64,000 nucleotides of DNA, taken from positions 1-64,000 of the forward strand of contig JALAGF010001637.1 in NCBI GenBank assembly GCA_030167865.1, given 5' to 3'. The notes beneath the pieces were generated by a model that searched no databases, was not told the DNA's origin, and saw nothing but the letters and a program-made list of their open reading frames with translations. The DNA is from Craspedostauros australis (Eukaryota). Shown here piece after piece: positions 43,716-53,972 of the stretch. Position 1 is the stretch's first letter. Each line of letters opens with the position of its first letter. A program made the translations under genes and the position numbers.

Positions 43716-45518
43716 CTATCTAAATGTTCCTGCAAGATCTAGCGCGTGGAAGTCAGAGGACATGTCCGACATCATGGAGCGTCCATCGTCCATCGTGTTG
43801 ATCGATCCGCCTCCGCCAGCCTGAACTGCCGCTGCCCATTGAGCCGAGGTGACAGAGCCGATGGACATGTCATCGACCGAAAACGAGCGGTTGCTGTGAC
43901 CAGATATGCCAGCACCGGATCTTCCGCTGCTCTGCCTGCCCACGATGGAGGGGTGAGGGATTGCCGGCACGTTGGCCGAGCTGGATAGACCGAACGCTGC
44001 TGAACCTCGCGATCCGATCGAGTATTTGTGCGACGAAATGGACATGATACCGGAGGCAAAGTCAGGATCATCATCCGTGATGGCCTTGTACGAATCATGG
44101 TCGTTGATGCTGTTGCCGTCAGCGAAGGCGACGGATGGGGAGAATGACCCAATGCTTCGGACGGAGCCAGTCATGTCGCTGTGATTGGAGGCAAAGGTGT
44201 TTGGGACAGCCACGTTGTTGTCGGAATATCTGAGCCTCTGAGCGTGGTGGAAACGGAAAGAATCCGTGCCAGACATCTTCGATTGGCCAGACAAGGAGTT
44301 GCCTCCAAGACCACTGCCGAAATACGTTGATGATATCTGATCTGACATGCCGGAAATGCTGCTCATCGTGTGATCGCCGTTGCTCATTCCTGAAGACGGC
44401 GTCCTCGGTGGGTAGAAGGACCTGTCGAACAGGATGTCAGCCGGAGGTGGTTGGTTCGGATGGCGCGGCACAGCTGCTTGCTCCTCCGCAAGCGTCTCCA
44501 TGGCGTGCCTTGAAACATTTGCGACTGAACGGCCGCTGCTCGTGGGCATCGTGCGGTACATCCTGTTGTTCCGGGAGTACGAATGGTGAGCGGGCGGTGC
44601 CTGTATCGGAATCGTCTTCACAGTTTGGCTGGTTTGCTGTTGAGTCTGCTGCGCGTGGGAAAATGGAGGTGGCATGGCGATTTTAGCGGCGTACTCCTCT
44701 GGGCTGAGCTGCGAGTTGGCCATTTGGTTGCCGCCCGGCGGGATGTGCATGTTGGAGCCCATCGATTCTGGATTCGCAGCCACCTGAGAATGTGACGGTT
44801 GCGACATGCCTGCTGCTTTCGGTGACGACTTTGATGACTTTGATTTCGGTGACTTGGCGCCCTTTGCGACAGCTGCTGGCGATGACGCCTTGGCCTTTTC
44901 ATCCCCCGAAGAATCATCGTCATCGCCCCGGAATTCTGGCGCCGCCTCTCGAAGTGCCTGTCCAGCCTTCTTGATGGCCTTCTGATCTCCGATGTCAAAC
45001 CAGAGGGCGGTGTCCCTGTCCTCCTTGAGGAAGCGTCCCGGAGGATCCTTCGCTCGGATCTCCCGCACGATCTTTGCCGCGATGTGCGCCTTCTCCAGCT
45101 TCTTGGTCGACTTGGCGAGATACACCTTCTTCCGCGAGCTCACCATTTCTCGGAACTGGATATTCCCTGAGTGCGAGTTGATGCGCCCACCCCGACCGCA
45201 GAGCACGTCATTTTGATTGGGGTAGACGATCGGTCCAATCCCTCGCGGTGGGATCAGGATGTTCGGTCTTGGCTGGGCGGTAGATTTGCGGCTTGGCGTT
45301 GACGATGTGGGTGCTCCAGCAACAGTGGCTGATGCGGAAACAGTTGACGCCCCGCTGGAATTCTTCAGCATCGACTGTACTGCCCCAGCCACATTCTGAC
45401 GGCGTTGTCTCTTTCGTGAGAACTTTGAGGAAAGGACAGGGTTGGGTGTGGTGGGTGATGGCGGGGCAGGACGGCGCATCGTGGTTCGTGGCGTTGATTT
45501 GGATTTTGATGTTGGCAT
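43716..45518 (-). CDS. DUF6824-like domain protein with a Ser/Gly/Met-rich tail (start 45518 or 45479)
   Basis: PNQNDVLCGRGGRINSHSGNIQFR...PPGRFLKED....WFDIGDQKAIKKAGQALRE. Confidence 0.85.
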   Translation of the reverse strand: MPTSKSKSTPRTTMRRPAPPSPTTPNPVLSSKFSRKRQRRQNVAGAVQSMLKNSSGASTVSASATVAGAPTSSTPSRKSTAQPRPNILIPPRGIGPIVYPNQNDVLCGRGGRINSHSGNIQFREMVSSRKKVYLAKSTKKLEKAHIAAKIVREIRAKDPPGRFLKEDRDTALWFDIGDQKAIKKAGQALREAAPEFRGDDDDSSGDEKAKASSPAAVAKGAKSPKSKSSKSSPKAAGMSQPSHSQVAANPESMGSNMHIPPGGNQMANSQLSPEEYAAKIAMPPPFSHAQQTQQQTSQTVKTIPIQAPPAHHSYSRNNRMYRTMPTSSGRSVANVSRHAMETLAEEQAAVPRHPNQPPPADILFDRSFYPPRTPSSGMSNGDHTMSSISGMSDQISSTYFGSGLGGNSLSGQSKMSGTDSFRFHHAQRLRYSDNNVAVPNTFASNHSDMTGSVRSIGSFSPSVAFADGNSINDHDSYKAITDDDPDFASGIMSISSHKYSIGSRGSAAFGLSSSANVPAIPHPSIVGRQSSGRSGAGISGHSNRSFSVDDMSIGSVTSAQWAAAVQAGGGGSINTMDDGRSMMSDMSSDFHALDLAGTFR

Positions 45519-47575
45519 GAATGGTTTGGATGCGATGTTTGTTGTTTGGGCACAGAGTAGTTCAAGTTTGTGTGGTAGTTTGTCGTTCGTCGTTTGGTAT
45601 TGAGGTGTGTTGGTGCGCAATGGTGATGATGTGGAGCCGAGCACAGTAGAGTTCGTACAGCAGAGTGGTTGTGTTTGGATGTGTGAGACCAGGTCGGAGA
45701 TGGATGTGTTGGAGACGGATGTGTTGAATTTGTGACCGAAGAGGCAACGCAGAGCAGAGAGGAGAGAAGAGGATGAGTATTGGCACGATACATAATTGTA
45801 GGCACAACACGTCTCTGATGATGACTGGGCCGTGATGACAGCCAGGCCAACAACAATCTGCAATGCGCTACACGCAAGACCGAGATACACGAGACGATGA
45901 TGAAGAACAAACAGGAACCTGACGATGATGTTTGAGGTTGCCCAGGTCGGGTGGCTTTTGGTAGCACGAGCCAAAAAGTGCATGGCAGAGATGGCGATCT
46001 GCAAATTTGGCAAGATTGCCTTCATTTTGTGGAGCCCTTCTTTCCGGATCCCTGTCACAAGCGACATGGATTGCTCGTGATGTTTTTCCTGTCGTGTTTG
46101 TTCGAAGACACACGAGAAGCCGCATGCGTGATGCCGAACCAGCGCCCAAGCACCAGAGGCAAGTTGGGCACCAGCACACGGAACAACGCGGGAGGAAGAG
46201 AGGAGAGAGCCAGCGATAGAAAGTGGAACGGAGACCGAAACAAGAAGCATTCGCCATACCCATGGCGCTGCCGCTTGCAACATCCCCGCTTCCAACCGCC
46301 GTGCGCGCTTCCTGCTGTGCCCCAGAGCCTCTCCTCTGCGCGCTTTTTCCCTCAAATGAGATCCCTCCTCCATGGGCACTTGTGCGCCTCTGCACGCCAC
46401 AGCAGTTACATCAAACGTGTGAAACTGACGAACAGAAGATGATGAACTCACCATGGTGATAACCGCCAACTGAGACGAGCAGGATTCCTCCTCCGTGTTG
46501 CGTTGCCTTGTGGTGTGTTGTGCGTGGGTGCGACTTGGTTTGGCGCGAGTTCGAGAGCGCTGTTGTGATGTGATGGGAGGGGAGTCTGGTACTGTTGGTA
46601 TTGGTATCAGCACCCGAATTCACGCTCGAACATCGAGAACAGCGTGTCGCGGAGGTCGAGTTTCCTTGTTGTTTCTCTTTCCCTCGGCGTGTTGAGCGCA
46701 GTTGTGGTTGTGCTCCAATTGCGCACAGTGGGAACAACGCGGAGGTTGCTTTTGTCACCATGCGTTGGATACTCCATTCCTGTTTGTGGGGCGTTTCGAT
46801 CTTGTTCGTTGCGAAAAAACAACTTTTTGGAGATGCTTCGGCATGTTTCTCACTGATTCTCGCTGTTGTCGACACAAATAGCCTGTTGAGAAAGCCACTT
46901 TGGCCACAAGAAAAGACAAAACAACATGAAAGTGACAATAAATGTGGTCGAGTGAATCAATGCAGTCTTTTCTGAAGAAAGAGATAGCTGACTGCCCTCT
47001 CGTGTCCAAATAGCACAATTGTTACAGGAACGACGCATCAAAATCCCTGTTTTTCGCATGCTGGGAATGACTACCAAGTTTAGTCGAGCGGAGTGGAGCC
47101 GAGAGTGTCTGCACAAACCGAGGGGGAGCTATCATTGATCCACCAGATCGAACATGCATAGTATAGTACCACAAGTATAGCACCAACGCCAAACAACGAC
47201 GACCGACGTATCGATGGTACCCTACTCCAGAAAGGTCGCCCGAAGCTTCTCTCTCTCTCTCCAGAGGCAGCAGTTGCAACGATGAAGATGACGATCGGGA
47301 GACTACCGGGATTGGGTTGCCCGGATGGCACCTGGTGACGTCCCTGAACACAAGTTCACGCCTCCACCATCGTCGTCGATGAAGACGAAGAACATTGCTC
47401 TCGTCCACTCCGCTTCCATGTTTGACGTTGTGTTCGCAGCAGGAGATGATGATTGGAGTACGAGCGCGATGCAGTATTATTGCAGGCGAACTACCTGTGC
47501 ACTTCGAAGATTGGGCGCTGCCGCTGTCCGATGCCGCTCGATGCCGTCGTTTCTCCATCCCCCACCCCCACCCAC

Positions 47576-49798
47576 CTATTCTTCTGATTGCTGCGGTGGC
47601 TGTTGCTGCTCTCGCAGACGCTTCTCGCTGAGATTGGCGAAGACTACCATGAGATACCTGGTGCCCGACGTGATCTCCATGCCACCGTGAACGAGATCTC
47701 CCTGTTTCAACCATGGCGGTGGAAAGGACGACAAGGAGGTTGCAGCAGTATGGAAGTGGTTGCGATCAATGTTAGAAGCAGTAGCAAGAGATTGATGCAA
47801 GCATAGTGCTCTCGTATGGTACTCTATCTGATTCAACGGACATCCCCACTACGTGCATCATCAGAACAACGCAGGTATGTTACCGTGCCCGTCATGACCC
47901 AACTCACCGGATGCAACAGAAATTCACCATGCTCGATGCGCAACACTTTGCCGACCTCGGGAATGTAGGTTCCGCCTCCTCTGTACGACGATTTTCTGGA
48001 CAGCACCAGATTTGCCGTAATGTCGCAACGATCGTGATGCAGCTCGACTGTCGAACCACCAGATGGATGGATGGATGGATGGATGGCCATCACATTGATA
48101 ATGAAGTTGAGTTTGAAACGACAGGTTGTGTCGCGGGGGACGACGAAGGACAGTGGACGAACAGAAGAAACTGAGTGAGAAATGTGTACAGATGTGAATG
48201 ATGAGTTGCGCCAACCATGTTTTCTTCCTTTCCGTTTGCGTGGCTCGAAGTGGCACAATCCAATTCGACCCTCTCCTCTGCAGCACATATATGAGCAGAG
48301 TCGAGCAGAGTTGAGCACCATGCTTACCTCCCGTATGACCCGTCGACACGGAATACTTGAGTATGTGCGGCTGGTTGCGATCCATGTAGACTTTCTGTGT
48401 TTTGTACAGGACGGTGATAGCATGCAGGATGTAGGAGAAGATTGGTTGCACCAACCGACGCATGCCAGGAATGTCCATCAAAGCCAGATCCTGCTTCGTC
48501 AACGAGTACAGCTCAGTCTTCCAACCACCTTCCAGCATGCTCGCGTACGACTCGGAGTGCGCGACGATGCGATCGAGCAAGTGCGTGTAGCTCGGTGGGA
48601 GCTTCAGACGGTAAACCCCAAGCGCCGGGTCGCCCACGATCTCATGCGGTGGAATCCACTGTTGCCCTCTCGGTTGCGGTTGTTGGAACGTGTACGATAG
48701 GCTGTCTTTGGTGGTGGGAGCGAAGAACCTTGAGCGCCGTGCACCGTCATCACCATGCGCACGAGATCCAAGGTGATGCGGAGTCGATGATGTCGCGCAA
48801 AGTGCCGTGGGCATGGCGATGATGCGATTGCTTGTGCTTGCTGAAATCCTATCGGCGCTAGTCGATGTGGATCTCGTTCTTGCTGGTGTCACAGATTGTC
48901 GTTTGCCATGACGCGCAGATTTCACAATCCAACCTTCGTCTGGGGATTTGCGATGATGTCCCTGTTCGGACCTCTCCACGCATTCATCGTGCAAAGAAAG
49001 AGAATACCGGATACTCGAGTGTGGATGTGATGGCAGATGCAATCCTTCCGCAACACGTGGCTGAAGCTGAGATCGCAACGCTGACGAAGACAGCCACGGG
49101 GATGCGACGTATCCCCGCATCACGTGCTCCCATTGCTTTGGTGGCCTTGCGGTTGGAATCGACGACCGATGGCTGGCTGGCATGGAATTCTTAGTTGCCG
49201 GAGCCGTGTGTCGACCAGGATCAGTCCGATAGTACCCGCTGTTGCCTCCGAGGATCGTTGTCTGATGCCGCCCGTGGTAAGATCCCATTCCATAATCCTC
49301 GGCTCGCTCCGATTGCAAGCTCTTGCGTTTGCTCTGGTGTGGTGGGCGCTGTCCAACGGCATCAGGTTGCTGCGTTGTTTGCCGACCCGTGCCAATTGTA
49401 GAAGTGCGATGCTTGTAGACGTACTCGTACGCTGATGATTGGCTTTGTTCCTGCTGAGCCTGAGCACTGGTGCTTGCCCGTTCTGCCATTCCCACGGTGT
49501 GGCTCGCTGTTGCCACGGCAGCTGAACCGTACGGCATGTTCGGTGGACGACAGTGTCGATCCTGAGGACGTGAACGAGACGGGACCATCCTGTAGGCACC
49601 TTCATCTCGCTGTCCGTCTGTTGCTAGCATTCCGTCGTCTTCGCGCCAGCTCCGAGCCGCGGGGTCTCTGCTGTTGCGGCGACCCATCGCGCTGGCTTCC
49701 ACCCGGGTGAGCTTTCTGGGAGGTGATTGCAACTGAAACGGTGCACAGGACGACCGACTGCGTCGCGCTGCATTCGATGATGGGTTCATATGAAACAA
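47576..49798 (-). CDS. 2OG-Fe(II) dioxygenase (prolyl/lysyl-hydroxylase-like) with a disordered N-terminus; exons 49798(?)-48328, 48047-47908, 47701-47576
   Basis: Two GT-AG introns (48327-48048, 47907-47702) join ILKYS..GHTG-VELHHDRCDITANLVL...YRGGGTY...LLHP-GDLVHGGMEITSGTRYLMVVF, giving HxD...H plus the 2OG-binding Arg. Start codon is uncertain. Confidence 0.85.
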
Positions 49799-51581
49799 GT
49801 GAGCATCAGATGCTCGTATCTGGGATTCTTGACACTGCCGTCGTTGTTTCGAAGGACTCCACGTATCGTTCGATGCGGAGGTTGTTCTGAGCGTGCACTG
49901 TCGTAGAATAGCTACTGATAGACTGTGGTGTCATGTGGTATTGTGTGCTGTGTGGGCGTGAATTTGTATCGTGTAGCATTGTGATGCAACGCAGTGCAGT
50001 GATGGCGACTCCTTCCAGAGGAGGCTCTTCTTTGTGTTGTCGTCGTTGTTGCTCCGACTGATGGACGCCAACTGATGGACGCCAACTGCGTGCACGACGC
50101 ATCATCCGTGGACCACGCAGTCGCAGAGAGCAGGCAAGGTTTGCTGGATGAGCGATGATGAAACGTTGGTGCTCCGAAGTTTGAAATTCGCAGGAGGGTT
50201 GCGTGAAGCAAAGCCACATGGTCGCGCACGAAACATCAGTTTCGCAGGTCGTGCTGTCGTCGGCAGCGTGTCAACGCCATCGTGAGGGATTGTTTTGGGA
50301 GTGGACTATGCCGTGTCATGTACATACAATACATATGTACTCTCCATGGTGCATGTCATCCCACATTCATTGCTCGTAGAATGCCTCGGAGCCAAGTTGG
50401 TTGTCGGAAGTGATGCCCATTGATGCGGGAAGAAGAATGTAGTGAGCAGAGCAGATCGTCGCATGGAGTATCGAGCATTGTGTACAACTCCTCCTGGAGA
50501 ATCGCCACGCAACGATGAGGTGATTGCGATTGATGGAACTCTCCACATCAATTGGGCGCACATGCTCCTTTTTCGTCTTGCATTCGGAGAACATTGATAC
50601 TCGGCGCGGCTCGTCACTGAATGTTCCGCCAGGAGAGTTGATGTCATCGCCATCAACAAACAGAAACAGAGAGAGAGAGAGCGAAATCCATCACCAACAC
50701 TATTTTGTGTTGTGTGGTGGATGGGAAGAATCTTGCGGATACGCCAGTGTGTGGACGTTGAATTACCGTTATGAAATCATGCGGATTTACGCTGGTTGGT
50801 TGTGATCCTTCCTGACGGACTTGCCAATGGCAGTTCCCGCAACAACTGGCGGCACACATGTATTTTAAATGCAAGTCGGAAGGCGCCGAGCACATGGCGA
50901 GAGATGGTTTGAACGGACATTTTGTGACCAACAACATGCGACATGTTTTGAAGACTTGGTTTGTTGTCCCGCGATTGTACGTTTGATGTCACGAGAAACA
51001 TTGACAAAGAGTTGGGGATCTGTTTGTGGTGTGTCTGGATGTCGCATGTTGACGAATCTGCACCAAGATTGCTGTTGTTGCTGTTGTTGTTGTTGTGGTC
51101 GTCGCCGGAAGAGAGAACACGATGGTGATGGAGAAGCAGGCGGAGGGAGGGCAACCAAGAAAGAGAGAGGGTGAGAGAAGCGCGAGAGAGCGAGAGAGAT
51201 GCCCCAGTTGAGAAAGGAGGGGGCTTCCTGTCTTCGCGAACCATTCCGCAGTGAACATTCATCGACATTGCGGTGATGGAACACACAAGAGCACAACATC
51301 ATCTTCCCTGCTCGATCAATAGCCCGTCCTCCACTTCGTATCAGCCGTCATACTACATGAGAGAGTTGATTCTTGCATCCGCAACTGATCGCATACTGCA
51401 CAAGTAATCGTACCAACAACAGAATAATCGAGACGCGCACGAAGCAACAAGGAGAGGGCGTGGTGGCAGTAGTCGTACCACACGGATACCACCCGCTGCA
51501 AGTATAAGCACGACCACTCGTGCATGTGAACATCGGAGTGGCTTGATCTCAAAAGTTTCGATCAATCCAAAGCATCTCCCA

Positions 51582-53444
51582 ATGGTGGATCGTGCCGCGG
51601 AGGTGAGTGGGATGGGCACCCGTCTCGCCTCCATCCGCAGCAATGAGATAAGGCAATACCGGCAGTACAATCGTTCCCGTCACTATCGTCAACGCAATCA
51701 ACATTACCAGCAGCAGCAACAGCAGCAGCAGAACCAACAACTGCAAGATCATCAACAGCAACAGCAACAGCAACAGCAAGAACCAGAACACAACCATGTG
51801 ACCATCGACATCGACATGGCGTCGCTGGACAGCAGCCCCACTTTGATGGATCCGCAGAGGGGCAAGTCGCTGTGGGACCCAAGAACGGGCCATACATCTA
51901 GCAACACTGGAAGCTCCACGACAGGGTCGTCCCAAAGCGACGAGGAAGCTTCGATGCAGAATGTCAAATCGTCGCCGTCATCTTCGGATCGTGCGATGGA
52001 GGACACCAAGGACATCAAACACATCAAGGACATGAAAAACATGCATACAATCACAACGAAGGAACTCAAGGCTCCATGTGATTCCACTCTGAGGCGTGGG
52101 AGTCCACGATCCGTAATGGCAATGCCAACGTCACCAGCACATACAAGCGCATCGCCCACTTCGCAATATCAACATACTCAGGCAACCGATACACCCAGTA
52201 CACCCAGTAAAATCAATACAAAGAGCACAAAGAGTACAAACAGCACAACGAAGTATGGACATCAAGATGAGCGTGATCAACACCCACACAACACGCACGA
52301 CACGAACGACACGCAACACCGTGATATTCGTGGTCATCGTGACAATCACAGGCTTCAACAGCGACATCAGATCATCACCACACCATATCGCAACGAAGGG
52401 AGGTCATTGGATGGGATCCGGAGAATCGCTCTCTTCCCCTCGGACAAAACAGCCTCTGGCGATGACAGAACTTCGTACAGCCAAGCCACTGACATCACTC
52501 GCACCACACGCACGGCCCGAAGCACAGCAGCCATAGCCTCCGCATCGGCCATTGGGTCCATATCCGAGCGCATCACGATGAAGACGTACGCTTTGGGTGA
52601 TCCTGCTCACGTCAACGTTGGCGAACAGCAACGGCGGCATCTTCGAGCACAAGCATCAACACATGCAACGGTGTACGAGGAGCAAGCCGGCCTGCTCAAG
52701 GTTGCATCCAAACAATCGCGTAACAACAACATGCACGACCAATATGCGCATCAGCATCACCTTCAACATCACCTCCAACAGCTGCATCAGCAGCAGGAAC
52801 ATGAACAGCGACGACAACGAGAACTGCAACAAACCTTCCACGCTGAGATTCTTGCATCGCGGACGGTAACGTACGGCGTGATCCATCGACAGACAGCAAA
52901 GGCAGCCTTCGACCAAGGATGCGCGTACCTGCGCAACGAGGCCTTCGAGGAGGCGCATCGTTCCTTCTACTCGGCCTACCGCATATGGAGCACGATGGAG
53001 GGCAGAACCACGTTGAGCGCCGCCAAGGCCTTGGATGCCATGGCGGAGACCAACTTGAGAGCGGACCGACCGGACAAGGCCGAGAAACAGATCGAGACGG
53101 CCGTGTCGATCCGCGTGCGGGAATTGGGACCGTGGCATGTGGATACTGTGGAGAGCTTCAACAAGTACGCGGGCGTCGCGTTGCGGCAGGGCAATCACGC
53201 GCTGGCCGCGAGACGCTACGAGCAGGTGCTGGCCGTTCGCATGGCCATATTCACCCAATGCCATCCCTCTGTGGCTGTCACGGCGCAGACGCTCGCCAAC
53301 GTGTACAAGGAACAAGACGAGATCCACAAATCCCAGACATTCTTCAACCTCGCCGCGGATGTCTACACCAAGATGGGGATGCCATCTCAACATCCCACGA
53401 TCCTGGGCCTCATCAAGGATCGTGATCGGTTGCAGGAGATCTAG
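51582..53444 (+). CDS. TPR-repeat protein (kinesin-light-chain-like TPRs) with a low-complexity N-terminus
   Basis: About four KLC-type repeats: AAKALDAMA, IRVRELGPWHVDTVESFN, YEQVLAVR..IF..CHPSVAVTAQTLANVY. Alternative start at 51816. Confidence 0.8.
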   Translation: MVDRAAEVSGMGTRLASIRSNEIRQYRQYNRSRHYRQRNQHYQQQQQQQQNQQLQDHQQQQQQQQQEPEHNHVTIDIDMASLDSSPTLMDPQRGKSLWDPRTGHTSSNTGSSTTGSSQSDEEASMQNVKSSPSSSDRAMEDTKDIKHIKDMKNMHTITTKELKAPCDSTLRRGSPRSVMAMPTSPAHTSASPTSQYQHTQATDTPSTPSKINTKSTKSTNSTTKYGHQDERDQHPHNTHDTNDTQHRDIRGHRDNHRLQQRHQIITTPYRNEGRSLDGIRRIALFPSDKTASGDDRTSYSQATDITRTTRTARSTAAIASASAIGSISERITMKTYALGDPAHVNVGEQQRRHLRAQASTHATVYEEQAGLLKVASKQSRNNNMHDQYAHQHHLQHHLQQLHQQQEHEQRRQRELQQTFHAEILASRTVTYGVIHRQTAKAAFDQGCAYLRNEAFEEAHRSFYSAYRIWSTMEGRTTLSAAKALDAMAETNLRADRPDKAEKQIETAVSIRVRELGPWHVDTVESFNKYAGVALRQGNHALAARRYEQVLAVRMAIFTQCHPSVAVTAQTLANVYKEQDEIHKSQTFFNLAADVYTKMGMPSQHPTILGLIKDRDRLQEI

Positions 53445-53972
53445 ACACACGCATCCACAAACGCAAACGCACACGAAAACTCCAGGATCCTGCAACTCAC
53501 TTACTACACTCTGGAAGAATACCAGACATGCATACTATATTACAAACGATTTCATAGTACTTCATTGCATCATATCATCGTTCTCACATGACAAGCAGCC
53601 TCACATTGTACCAGCACTCTTGAAAGGACGCTTCATCTTCCATCTTCGAGTCTCTGTAGCCTTCGTCTATGTGGGACTTCATTCGATTTTCGGTTCGCAT
53701 TTCAAATCTGTCAGTCATTCAAGTGGGTCATCGAAAAGAGAATCGTGGAAAACATGAATACTTCTGCTTGATGTGAACTTACCGAGGCTTCCGCGGAAAC
53801 GGACGATGGCATCAACAACATCATGGAAACGGACACTTGGCGCGCCATAAACGGAGCGAAAGGGAACGCTTTGCAGCAGATGTAGTCGTACCATCATCAC
53901 GTCGTTACCACCAACGACGTGTTGATGGCAACGCGAATTCAGTGGTGACGAAGGCTTAGAATTCCCCATGCG

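Noticed and set aside
45519-46613. About 365-codon in-frame upstream extension of the DUF6824-like ORF
   Set aside because: The translation looks like UTR or intergenic sequence (Cys/His/Ser scatter, CAA tracts). It is more likely non-coding or partly intronic; untestable without RNA data.
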